A stretch of 64,000 nucleotides of DNA, taken from Anaeramoeba ignava BMAN. Taxonomy: Eukaryota; Protista; Anaeramoebae. This document shows, piece by piece, positions 1-13,500 of this stretch (position 1 is its first letter; each line of letters begins with the position of its first letter). The notes below the pieces were generated by a model, which did no database searches, was not told the DNA's origin, and saw nothing but the letters and a program-made list of their open reading frames with translations. Location: assembly GCA_028826165.1 (NCBI GenBank), contig JAPDFW010000133.1, positions 62,001-126,000 on the forward strand, read 5' to 3'. Both the position numbers and the translations under genes were made by a program.

Positions 1-181
1 AAATTAAAATTAAATCAAAATAAAATTAAATCAAAATAAAATAAAATTAAATCAAAATAAAATTAAATCAAAATAAAATTAAATCAAAATAAAATTAAAT
101 CAAAATTAATCAAAATAAAATTAAAATAAAATTTAATCCAAAATTAAATTAAATCAAAATAAAAATTTAATCAAATAAAAG

Positions 182-1060
182 CAAATGATTTTAATCCAAT
201 GCCATTTCCTTTCCCCTTCCCTTTTATGTTACCTCCCAACTTGCATCCTCCTTCCTTGAAGACTACCTCTCAAAAACCAAGCAACGAAAAAGAAACAATA
301 ACAAAAAATCAAGAAAATAAACAAAATAAAGATGATAATAAAGAAAATACAAATCAAGAAATCTCACAAAAACCAAAAACAGAAAATGATCCAAAAAATT
401 CAGTTAATGATCCAAAAAATCAATTAAAAATTGAAACACATCCATTACAACCTCCATTCCTTCCTAATCAATTAAACCATATGTTCCCTCATCAAAATCG
501 TAAATGCTTTATTCAGAATATTTTATCCTTTAAAATAAAATAACAACCTTTTGATTCATTTAAATTAATTTTTTCAAATCAATTTTTTATTTTAAAAAAA
601 CTTAGCAATCCCTTTTAATTTTGGACCATTTCCACCATTTCCACAAATGAGACCTCCGAATTTCCCACAAAAACCAACAGAACAAGATCCAAGAAAGCGA
701 AAATATGAGCCTCCACAAGCAAAATATAATCCACAAAACGAAAGTCAGTATCATAGTGATGGATCAAGAGGAAGATATGCTCATGAAAAACCAATAAATT
801 TTGAACGAGAAGAAAATGAAAAGAAAGAAATAAACAGCAATCCTCATCATACATCTCGATATGATAATACTGAACGTTTTCAATCCTCAAATTATGATAA
901 TAAAGACCGCAATCCAAGATCTCATTTTAGAGACAGAAAATATATTAATGAAAGAGAAAAATTTGATGAATTTAAAAGAAGAGATGATAGAGACCATTCG
1001 GGTCATCGCTCTTCTAATACTTCTTATCACAAAAATTATGAACCAAATAAAAATTTCTGA
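182..1060 (+). CDS. 3' exons of a Pro-rich, Arg/Asp-rich protein of unknown function (5' part outside the window); exons 182-499 and 606-1060
   Basis: GTAAAT donor at 500 and CTTAG acceptor at 605 join the two ORFs in frame (...HQNPIPFNFGPFPPFPQMRPP...). An AAG acceptor lies at 181 after repetitive intron sequence. TGA stop at 1058-1060. Confidence 0.7.
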
Positions 1061-1129
1061 TTTAAATCAATTTAAAAAAAAATATGATTTTCTTTTCTTT
1101 TTTTTTTTTAAATTTTTTATAAGCAAAAA

Positions 1130-3910
1130 ATAAATTAATTTTAAATTAAATAAAAAATAGAATTAATTCAAAATTAATTTTTAAAAAGAAATATTTATAA
1201 ATAATAAATTAAAATTAATTTAAAAATTAAAATAAAATTAATAAAAAATTTAAATTAAATTTTAATCAAAAAATAAATTAAATTTAAATTAAATAAAAAA
1301 TAGAATTAATTTAAAATTAATTTTTAAAAAGAAATATTTATAAATAATAAATTAAAATTAATTTAAAAATTGAAATAAAATTAATAAAAAATTTAAATTA
1401 AATTTTAATCAAAAAATAAATTAAATTTAAATTAAATAAAAAATAGAATTAATTTAAAATTAATTTTTAAAAAGAAATATTTATAAATAATAAATTAAAA
1501 TTAATTTAAAAATTGAAATAAAATTAATAAAAAATTTAAATTAAATTTTAATAAAAAATAAATTAAATTTTAAATTAAATAAAAAATAGAATTATTTCAA
1601 AATTAATTTTTAGAAAGAAATACTTATAAATAATAATTTAAAATTAATTTAAAAATTAAAATAAAATTAATAAAAAATTTAAATTAAATTTTAATCAAAA
1701 ATAAATTAATTTTAAATTTAAATAAAAAATAGAATTATTTCAAAATTAATTTTTAAAAAGAAATATTTATAAATAATAAATTAAAATTAATTTAAAAATT
1801 GAAATAAAATTAATAAAAATTTAATTTAAATTTTAATCAAAAATAAATTAATTTTAAATTAAATAAAAATAGAATTATTTCAAAATTAATTTTTAAAAAG
1901 AAATATTTATAAATAATAAATTAAAATTAATTTAAAAATTGAAATAAAATTAATAAAAATTTAAATTAAATTTTAATCAAAAATAAATTAAATTTAATTT
2001 AAATAAAAATAGAATTATTTCAAAATTAAATTTTAGAAAGAAATATTTATAAATAATAAATTAAAATTAATTTAAAAATTAAAATAAAATTAATAAAAAT
2101 TTAAATTAAATTTTAATCAAAAATAAATTAAATTTAAATTAAATAAAAATAGAATTAATTTATAATTAATTTTTAGAAAGAAATATTTATAAATAATAAA
2201 TTAAAATTAATTTAAAAATTAAAATAAAATTAATAAAAATTTAAATTAAATTTTAATCAAAAATAAATTAAATTTAATTTAAATAAAAATAGAATTATTT
2301 CAAAATTAATTTTTAAAAAAAATATTTATAAATAATAAATTAAAATTAATTTAAAAATTAAAAATAAAATTAATAAAAATTTAATTTAAATTTTAATCAA
2401 AAATAAATTAATTTTAATTTAAATAAAAATAGAATCATTTTAAAATTAAATTTTAGAAAGAAATATTTATAAATAATAAATTAAAATTAATTTAAAAATT
2501 AAAAATAATATTAATAAAAATTTAAATTAAATTTTAATCAAAAATAAATTAAATTTAAATTAAATAAAAATAGAATTAATTTATAATTAATTTTTAAAAA
2601 GAAATATTTATAAATAATAAATTAAAATTAATTTAAAAATTGGAAATAAAATTAATAAAAATTTAAATTAAATTTTAATCAAAAAATAAATTAAATTTTA
2701 AATTAAATAAAAATAGAATTAATTTAAAATTAATTTTTAAAAAGAAATATTTATAAATAATAAATTAAAATTAATTTAAAAATTGAAATAAAATTAATAA
2801 AAATTTAAATTAAATTTTAATAAAAATAAATTAAATTTAAATTAAATAAAAATAGAATTATTTCAAAATTAATTTTTAAAAAGAAATATTTATAAATAAT
2901 AAATTAAAATTAATTTAAAAATTGAAATAAAATTAATAAAAATTTAAATTAAATTTTAATCAAAAAAATAAATTAAATTTAAATTAAATAAAAATAGAAT
3001 CATTTTAAAATTAAATTTTAGAAAGAAATATTTATAAATAATAAATTAAAATTAATTTAAAAATTAAAATAAAATTAATAAAAATTTAAATTAAATTTTA
3101 ATCAAAAATAAATTAAATTTAAATTAAATAAAAATAAATTAATTTATAATTAATTTTTGAAAGAAATATTTATAAATAATAATTTAAAATTAATTTAAAA
3201 ATTAAAAATAAAATTAATAAAAATTTAAATTAAATTTTAATCAAAAATAAATTAATTTTAATTTAAATAAAAAATAGAATTATTTCAAAATTAATTTTTA
3301 AAAAGAAATATTTATAAATAATAAATTAAAATTAATTTAAAAATTGAAATAAAATTAATAAAAATTTAATTTAAATTTTAATCAAAAATAAATTAATTTT
3401 AAATTTAAATAAAAATAGAATTATTTCAAAATTAATTTTTAAAAAGAAATATTTATAAATAATAATTTAAAATTAATTTAAAAATTGAAATAAAATTAAT
3501 AAAAATTTAAATTAAATTTTAATCAAAAATAAATTAATTTTAAATTAAATAAAAATAGAATTATTTCAAAATTAAATTTTAGGAAAGAAATATTTATAAA
3601 TAATAAATTAAAATTAATTTAAAAATTAAAATAAAATTAATAAAAATTTAAATTAAATTTTAATCAAAAATAAATTAAATTTAATTTAAATAAAAATAGA
3701 ATTAATTCATAATTAAATTTTTAAAAGAAATATTTATAAATAATAAATTAAAATTAATTTAAAAATTGAAATAAAAATAATAAAAAATTTAAATTAAATT
3801 TTAATCAAAAAATAAATTAAATTTAATTTAAATAAAAAATAGAATTTATTTATAATTAAATTTTAGAAAGAAATATTTATAAATAATAAATTAAAATTAA
3901 TTTAAAAATT
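1130..3910. repeat. Tandem array of a ~140-143 bp AT-rich unit, ~20 copies
   Basis: AAAATAGAATT...AAAGAAATATTTATAAATAATAAA recurs at ~1158, 1301, 1444, 1586, 1730, 1870, 2010 ... 3840. Confidence 0.95.
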
Positions 3911-4058
3911 AAAATAATAAAGATTATGAAAAAAATAATAACAATTACTAATTATTAAAAATTTATTACTAATTTTAAATAAAAAAAAAAAACAAAAAAA
4001 AATTTTTTTTTCTTTTTTTTAATTTTTTCATTTTTTCTTTTTTATTCACTAAAAAAAA

Positions 4059-5293
4059 ATGGAAAATAACGACAATCAACCACAAGAAACTAAAACAGAA
4101 GAAATTAAAACAGAAGAAATTAAAACAGAAGAAATTAAAACAGAAGAAATTCAAGAAGAAATTACCAAAATGGAAACACAAACAGAAACAACAACACCAG
4201 AACTTTTTGAAAAAAACATGGCTGTCATTGTCTTAAGAGGAAGATTTGCAGGAAGAAAAGCAATTGTTTGTCAACAAGCAAACAGAGGTAATGACAAGTA
4301 CAGCTTTGACAGATGTCTTGTTTATGGCATTGAAAGATATCCAAAAAGAATTATTAGAAGACATACTTTAAAACAAAAAGAGCGTAAAAGTCGAATCAAA
4401 CCATTTGTCAAAGTCGTCAATCAAAAACATTTACTTCCAACTCGTTATAAGATTGACTTAGAATTACCAAATGATTTAGTTACTGGTGAGAAATATGATG
4501 ATCCAGCAAAAAGAAAACAATTAAAAACTCAATTAAGAACAGTTCTTAAGAAACAGTATTTTAATTATAATTTTAATTTTAATTATAATTTTAATTTTAA
4601 TTATAATTTTAATTTTAATTTTAATTTTAATTATTAATTTTAATTTTAATTTTAATTTTAATTTTAATTTAAATTTAAATTTTAATTTTAATTTTAATTT
4701 TAATTTTAATTTTAATTTTAATTTTAATTTTAATTTTAATTTTAATTTTAATTTTAATTTTAATTTTAATTTTAAATTTAATTTTTAATTTTAATTTTAA
4801 TTTTAATTTTAATTTTAATTTTAATTTTAATTTTAATTTTAATTTTAATTTTAATTTTAATTTTAATTTTAATTTTAATTTTAATTTTAATTTTAATTTT
4901 AATTTTTAATTTTTTATTTTTAATTTTATTTTTGGTTTTTTTTTAATTTTTAATTTTAATTTTCCTCCAAATTTTAATTTTTTTTTTAATTTTTATTTAA
5001 TTTCAATTTAAAAATTTTTTAATTTTTTTTCCAAATAAAATTTAAATTTAATTTTAATTTTAATTTTAATTTTATTTTTCTTTTTAATTTTAAGAAAAAG
5101 AAAAATTTTAATTTTTTATTTTATATTTAAATTTAATTTTTAATTTTAATTTTTAATTTAATTTTTTTTTTTTGATTTTTAATTTTAATAAAAAGGATTA
5201 ATTTTAATTTTAATTTTAATTTTAATTTTAATTTTTTCAATTAGATTTCTTACAGGAAAAAATAGATGGTTCTTCTCAAAACTTAGATTCTAA
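4059..5293 (+). CDS. RPL27: 60S ribosomal protein eL27 with acidic N-terminal extension; exons 4059-4555 and 5245-5293
   Basis: KOW motif VIVLRGRFAGRKAIV, GIERYP, SRIKPFVKVVNQKHLLPTRY. The spliced last exon gives the canonical tail TGKNRWFFSKLRF*. Confidence 0.95.
4556..5244 (+). repeat. RPL27 intron filled by (TTTTAA)n
   Basis: GT...AG boundaries with a hexamer microsatellite between them. Confidence 0.9.
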
Positions 5294-5498
5294 ATTGTCC
5301 TCCAAAAAAAAAAACAATATTTTTTTTTCTTTCCTTTTATCAATTCAACCTAAAAGAAATCCGGTTTTTTTTTCTTTTTAATTCTCCAAATAAAGTTTAA
5401 ACAAATTCTTCTTTAAAATTTCTTTTATTTTTTTTTCTTATTCAATTAAAAAAAGAAAAAAAGAAAAAAAGAAAAAAAAACAAAAACTTAATAATTAA

Positions 5499-8312
5499 TT
5501 ATTTTCTTTCAATTGAAAAAAATAATGAATTTTTTGGAATTGATTTCACTCTTTTTCTGAAATCTCGAAATGAACGACGAGTTTGACAAAGAAATCCAAC
5601 AGATAAACAAGGATCAAGTTGTGAAAATTTAATTCTTGGAAGAAATGGTGGTTTATATGAATTTGTTGGAAATTGAAAATCGGAATTTAACATTCCATTC
5701 ACTTTTGTTTGAACTTGATGTGGATCCAAAAAGAATAAGTTTTCTTCTATTTATATTTAAATTTATAATTATATTTATATTTTAATTTGATTTTGAATTT
5801 GATTTTGAATTTATATTTATATTTATATTTATATTTATATTATATTTATATTTGAATTTATATTTATATTTATATTTATATTTATATTTATATTTATATT
5901 TATATTTGAATTTAAATTTATATTTATATTTATATTTATGATTTGAATTTATATTTGAATTTATATTTATATTTATATTTATATTTATATTTATATTTGA
6001 ATTTGTATTTGAATTTCAATTCACCTTGATAACCAAAAAAATAAAGTCCTGAATTTTTATAACCTCCAATAAATCCAACTGATTGAGGAAAATGAAACAT
6101 TTGTTTAATAGCATCAAAATAAATTGGATTAATTTCATCTAACCCTAATCTTACTGGAATAAATAATAATAATGAAGTCCATTTTTTTCTTTTTTTCTTT
6201 TTTGGTTTTTGTTTATCTTTTTCATTTTCATTTTCATTTTCATTTTCATTTTCATTTTCATTTTCATTTTCATTTTCATTTTCATTTTCATTTTGATTTC
6301 ATATTTATATTTATATTTTGATTCATATTTATATTTATATTTTCATTTTCATTTTCATTTTCATTTTCATTTATATTTATATTTTCATTTTGGTTTTTAT
6401 TTTCATTTTTATTTTCATTTTGAATTTCATTTTGATTTTGATTTTGATTTTCATTTAGATTCATATTTTCATTTATATTTTGATTCATATTTATATTTTG
6501 ATTTTCATTTTCATTTATATTTTGATTTTGATTTTCATTATTGATATTTTCTTTATTGGTATTTTTGGTTGTTTTTTCTGAATTTTGATTCATTTCAATT
6601 AAAAAAAAATTTTCGTTTTGGATAGAGAAAGAGTATTCTAACTTATTAGAAGATGAATTATCTTGAGGAACATTCTTTTTAGAAGGATCAAAAAGACATT
6701 CAGAATAAATATCTTTTATTTTAACTGAAGTATCCATTGCAACAACAACTTTAAGATATTTTGAGTGTTTCAAACTAACTAATTTTCTATTTCATTTTTT
6801 TTTTTGTCTTGTTATTTTTCCTGATTTTCTTTTCTTTCTTTTTTTATTTACTTAATAATTTGTACAATCATCGTTGGTGAATACCATTCACTAATTTGCA
6901 TCCCCATTTCAACCCCTAATTCAGATATCTTATGTATTGAATATGGTGCTTCTTTTTCATCAGCAAAAAATGATATTATCTTAAATTTTAATTTTATAAA
7001 TTAATTTGAATTTGAATTTTAATTATTTTAATTTTTATTTTAATTTTTATTTTAATTTGAATTTTTTATCCGATTTTAATTTTAATTTTAATTTTAATTT
7101 TGATTTTAATTTTAATTTTTATTTTAATTCTAATTTTAATTTTAATTTTAATTTTAATTTTAATTTTAATTTTAATTTTTAATTTTAAATTTTAATTTTT
7201 ATTTTTAATTTTAATTTTAATTTTAATTTTTAATTTTAATCAAAAATTTTAAATTTAAAATTTTTAATTTTTATCCGATTTTAATTTTTATTTTAATTTT
7301 AATTTTTAATTTTAATTTTATAAATTAATTTGAATTTTTATCCGATTTTAATTTTAATTTTAAATTTTTATTTTAATTTTAATTTTGATTTTCTTTTTTG
7401 ATTTTTAATTTTTAATTTTAATTTTAATTTTTATTTTAATTTCAATTTTAATTTTTAATTTTAATTTAAATTTTAATTTTAATTTTAATTTTAATTTTAA
7501 TTTTAATTTTAAATTAAACAATTTTTATCCGATTTTAATTTTAAATTTTAATTATATAATTTTAATTTTAATTTTAATTTTAATTTGAATTTTAATTTTA
7601 ATTTTTTAAATTAATTTGAATTTGAATTTTAATTTTAATTTTAATTTTAATTTTAATTTTAATTTTAAATTTTAATTTTGATTTTAAATTTTATTTCAAT
7701 TTTAATTTTTTCAAGTTGTTGAAGCTTTAAAATAATTAGTGTAAATCTAATTATAATATAAATGAGCTGATTTAAAAATAAATTGAAAATTTACTCTATG
7801 AAAAATTTTGTTTTGTTCATCTGTTGCTTCTTGAAGTCTAAAATCTAAAAAAAATGATGAAAAAAAAATAAAAATAAAAAATAAAAAAATAAAACTAAAA
7901 GTTGATCAAAGAAAAAAATTACTTCTCCCTAAAAATAAAACAGACAAAGTGTTTGCAAGAATCATCTGACCAGTTCTGTACATGCAACCCCAGCCAGAAT
8001 CGGATGTATGACCAGATAACGATTCAAAATTTTTTCTATAAGAAATCCAAATTTTTGAATTAAAATCAGAATAAAAATCTTTCCAAATTAAAAGATGAAG
8101 TTGCTTTTTGGATTTATTTTGTTGTTTTGTTTGCTCTTTTGTGTCTGGTTTGTATTCTTTCCCTCCCATAACATGAATTGTTGATGATGTTGGTATTCCT
8201 TTGTTTCTTTCTTTTGAAAAATTTTTTGATTTTTTTTTTAATTTTTTTTTTTTAATTTTTTTGATTGTTTTTTTTTACTAAATTTTTGAAATGCATTATA
8301 AATTGATGACAT
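5499..8312 (-). CDS. ATG4: Cysteine protease ATG4; exons 8312-8279, 8210-7923, 7844-7795, 6979-6852, 6786-6025, 5746-5499
   Basis: WISYRKNF, catalytic SDSGWGCMYRTGQM, APYSIH, EWYSPT, IPVRLG, PQSVGFIGG, LDPH, LDPC. One apparent 1-nt frameshift at ~6290 inside an N/E/Q low-complexity insert. Confidence 0.93.
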
Positions 8313-8574
8313 TTTGTTTTTTATTTTTGTTTTTATTATTGCTTTTTATTTTTTTTTAAATAAATAAATAATAATAAAAATAATTTTTCAAAAGCAAAAA
8401 AATGGAAAAAAATGGAAAAAAGAAATCCTAAAAAAAATTTTTTCATTTTAAGTTGTTTTTGTTTTTTGAACTTAATTTGAATTCCCTTTTTGTTTTTATT
8501 TTTTTCTTAATCAAATCTTTTCTAATTTTTTTATTAATAAAATCTAAATCAAAAATGTTAATTTCAAAGAAAAA

Positions 8575-9040
8575 AAATTAATTAAAAATATTTAATAAAA
8601 TTATATTAAAAATATTAATAATTTTAAATTATTATTTATTAATAAAATTATTTAAAATTATATTTAAAAATAAATTATAAATAAATTATAATAAATTATT
8701 ATTAAAAATATAAATATAAAATTAATTAAAAATATTTAATAAAAATATATTAAAATATTAATAATTTTAAATTAATATTTATTAATAAAATTATCTAAAA
8801 TTATATTTAAAAATAAATTATAAATAAATTATAATAAATTATTATTAAAAATATAAATAAAAAATTAATTAAAAATATTTAATAAAAATATATTAAAAAT
8901 ATTAATAATTTTAAATTAATATTTATTAATAAAATTATATAAAATTAGATTTAAAAATAAATTATAAATAAATTATAATAAATTATTATTTAAAATATAA
9001 ATAAAAAATTAATTAAAAATATTTAATAAAAATAAATTAA
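8575..9040. repeat. Short tandem array of a ~145 bp unit, ~3 copies
   Basis: AAAATAAATTATAAATAAATTATAATAAATTATTATT recurs at ~8667, 8810, 8954. Confidence 0.8.
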
Positions 9041-9269
9041 AAAAATTAATATATAAAAGGAATAAAATTTTAAAAATAAGAAAAATAAATTAAATTAAAT
9101 TTTATTTTAAAAATAAAAATTAATTAAAAATATTTAAAAAGCGCGTTAAAAATATATAAAAGGTCGGACGGATTAATATTTCTTAATATTTAATTTTTAT
9201 TCTTTTTATTTTTATTTTTATTTAAATAAAAATGGAATAAATTTATATTGAAATAAAAATATGGAATCA

Positions 9270-10465
9270 ATTTATTTAAAATTTAATTTTGATTAAATTT
9301 TAATTTGATTTTAATTTAATTTTAATTTAATTTTTATTTAATAAAATTTAATTTTAATTTATTTAAAAATTTAAATTATAAATTTTAATTTTAATTTAAA
9401 TTTTAATTTAAAAATTTTGATTTAAATTTAATTTAATTTTAATTTAATTTTAATAATTTTTGATTTAATTTTTATTTAATTTTGATTTAATAATTTTGAT
9501 TTAATTTTGATTTAAAATTAAATTTAATTTAATTAAAATTTTGATTAAAATTTTTAAAAATCTAATTTTAATTTAATTTTTGATTTATAAAATTTTTTTA
9601 ATTTAGGATTTAAAAATAAATTTTAATTAAATTTTGATTTAATTTTTATTAAAATTTTAATTAAAATTTTAATTTTGATTTTGATTTAATTTTGATTTAA
9701 TTTTGATTATAAAATTTTAATTTGATTTTGATTTTAATTTTGATTAAATTTTAATTTAATATTGATTTAATATTGATTAAAAATTTTAATTTAATATTGA
9801 TTTAATTTTGATTTAATTTTGATTTATTTTTGATTTATTTTTGATTTAATTTTAATTTAATTTTGATTTAATTTTAATTTAATTTTGATTTATTTTTGAT
9901 TTAATTTTGATTTATTTTTAATTATCCAAAATTTTAATTTTTTTTGATTTAATTTAAAAATTTAAAAATTTAATTTTGATTTAATTTTGATTTAATTTTG
10001 GATTTAATTTTAATTTAATTTTTATTAAAAATTTTGATTTAAAAATTTAATTTTGATTTAATTAATTTTAAAGATTTAATTTTGATTTTAAAATTTTTTT
10101 AATTTAATTTTGATTTATTTTTGATTTAATTTTAATTTAATTTTAATTTTAATTTTTGATTTAATTTTAATTTATTTTTGATTTAATTTTAATTTAATTT
10201 TGATTTAATTTAATTAAATTTTGATTTAATTTTGATTTAATTTTGATTTAATTTTAATTTAATTTTGATTTAATTTTAATTTAATTTTTATTAAATTTTG
10301 ATTTAATTTTAATTTAATTTTGATTTAATTTTAATTTAATTTTGATTTAATTTTAATTTAATTTTGATTTAATTTTAATTTAATTTTGATTTAATTTTAA
10401 TTTAATTTTGATTTAATTTTAATTTAATTTTAATTAAATTTTGATTTAATTTTGATTTAATTTAT
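9270..10465. repeat. Degenerate 11-bp satellite (AATTTTGATTT / AATTTTAATTT)
   Basis: Visible periodicity, most regular at 10190-10460. Confidence 0.8.
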
Positions 10466-10574
10466 TTGAATTGATTTCATTTAGTTAAAAAAAAAAAAAT
10501 TTCAATCATTTTCTTTTTCTGTACTTGTGTTTGATTTTTTTTTTTAAATTTTTTTGTTTTTTTCCTTAAATTGT

Positions 10575-13500
10575 TTAAATTTGAAATTCATCACCAAATT
10601 TTTGATGAACTAATTCCAAAATTTCCTGTTTTTCAATCGCAATTTTTTCAATCTTTTTTTGAAGCTCATTAATTTGTTTTGTTAAAGCATCATTTCTTTG
10701 TTCCAATTCTTTTCTCAATTCAATATCATATTTCAAAGTTCTTTTCAAGAGATAAAATTTCAGCTTTGATTCCCTTATGTTTTTGAGAACTGGATCCTTT
10801 TCTTGGAGGAACATAGTCTCTTGTCATTTCAACATAAGAAGAAGGAATCAAACCCTCTTTTCCTGAAACAACCGATTTTGCAAACCACCAACCACCTTCT
10901 TTTTCATCTTCTTCACCTATTTTTTTGGAAATTATTTCGAGAATATCTCCTTCATCGAATTCGAGTTCATCTTCCCTTTCTGCTTTGAATGCAAAATTTG
11001 CTTTTGCATAAATATCTGGAATATAATTTTTAGGTTTTTTCTGTTTTTCATTTCATTTCATTTCATGTTAATGTTTTATTTTTGGAAAATTTTTTCATTT
11101 ATTTTTTTTTTTACAAGAAATAGAAATTCGAATTCTTGAAATAATATCAAGCAAATCGAATATTGTTGTTGTGTTTCTTCGACTTTTTTACGGAGAATTA
11201 AAGGCCCAATAAACATTGCGAGATTTGATAGAGTCATTTTATTATGGCTTGATGCACCTGAAACCTTGTTCATATGCTGACAAAGTAATTTCAGTGATTC
11301 AAAGTTGGGTTTTGGAAGTGAATCGACTAATGAATTCAAAAACTCCATTTTTTCCCATAAAATAGAAAATCCTTTTCAAAGTTTTTCATTTTGAATTAAT
11401 TTGTGTTATTTTTATTTTGAATAAGAAATTAAAACAAACCATCTGCTTTGATAAAATCGTCATATAAACTGTTTGGAATCAAAGGTTCGCCAAGTTCTCT
11501 CAGATAAAGTTTAACAATTTCTGCTGTATCATGAGGTGATTTAGTCACACTTTCAATTTCAAGATCATCAGCTGAATTTTTTGATTTTTTTATTTTTGGA
11601 AATTTCATGTTAGGAGTTTATTTTTGAATATTTTATTCATTTTTAAAATACTTTGGTCAAAAAATTCTTTCAATTTAGCAACATTTTCTGAGGTTCCCAT
11701 TTTTCTGTAAATTCCTTCAACATTAATCCCATTTTTTTCAATAAAGTCAAAGCATTTGACTAATATTCTTGGTACTTCATGTTGTCTTCCACCTCGATTT
11801 AAAGCATAACTTAATGGATAAGTGAATATTGGAGTAGAATCTTCTTCTTTCTAAATGATATTTTTGTTTTGATAAATTGAATTATATTTAGATTTTTTTT
11901 TTAATTTACTTTAATTTGATTTTGATCTTGTCTAAATTTGACTTTTCTAACAAGAGTAAAACTTGCGTTTTGAATATCATCAATATTTTGGTTTGTAATT
12001 GATTTATTTCTATCAAGTGGATCTAAATTTCAAGTTTTGAAAATTTTCAATATAATTTTTTATTTTTTAATTTCCAATTTTCAATTTTCAATTACGATTT
12101 CCATGAAATAAACTAAAATCATAAAAATTTTCTTCTCCAAATTCTCTTGTAATTTTAGGAAGTTGTTGAGCAAGAGAAACACCTTCAAGAATTTCAATAT
12201 TTTTATCTTGTTTTTGATATTTAACATTAATAAACAAAGCGATTCTTTGTCTAAATTCGATTGATTCCTTTTTTTATATAAATAAATATATAAATAAATA
12301 TATAATTAAATATATATATAAATATATAAATAATTAAATATATAAATAAATATATAAATAAATAAATTTATAAATAAATTTATAAATAAATTTATAATTA
12401 AATAAATATATAAATAAATTTATAAATAAATATATAAATAAATATAAATAAATATATAAAATATAAATAAAATAAATAAATAAATATAAAAAAAATAAAT
12501 AAATAAATATATAAATAAATTTGTGTAAATAAATATATAAAATAAATTTAAAATATATAAATAAATAAATTAAATATATAATAAATTTATAAATTTGTAA
12601 TTAAATATATAATTAAATTTATAAATAAATTTGTAATTAAATTTATAAATAAATTTGTAATTAAAAAATAAATATATAAATAAATATATAATTAAATTTG
12701 TAATTAAAATAAATTTATAAATTAAATTTATAATTAAAATATATAATATAAATAAATTTATAAAATAAATATATAATTAAATAAATTAATATATAAATTA
12801 ATACATAAATATAAATAAATTTATAAATAAAATTTATAAATAAATATATAAATAAATTTATAAATAAAATAAATATATATAAATAAAATATATAATTTGT
12901 AAATAAATATATAAATAAATTTGTAATTAAATATATAAATAAATTTATAAATAAATATATAATTAAATATATAAATAAATATATAATTAAAAATAAATTT
13001 AAATAAATTTATAAATAAATTTATAAATAAATATATAAAAATAAATTAAATAAACAAAAAATAAATAAATATAAATAAAAATATAAATAAAATATATAAA
13101 TAAATAAATAAATAAATATATAAATAAATTTATAAATAAATATATAAATAAATATATAAATAAAATATAAATAAATTTAACAAAATAAATAAATTTATAA
13201 ATAAATATATAAATAAATATATATAAATAAATATATAAATTTAAAATTATAAATAAATATATAAATAAATATATAAATTTATATAAAATAAATATATAAA
13301 TAAATATATAAATAAATAATATAAATAAAAACAAATAAAATATATAAAATAAATATATAAATAAAATAAATAAATAAAAATATATAATAAAATAAAAATA
13401 TAAAATATATATATAAATAAACAAATATATAAATAAATATAATAAATAAATAAATAAATATAAAATAAATTTATAAATAAAATATAAAAAAACAAATAAA

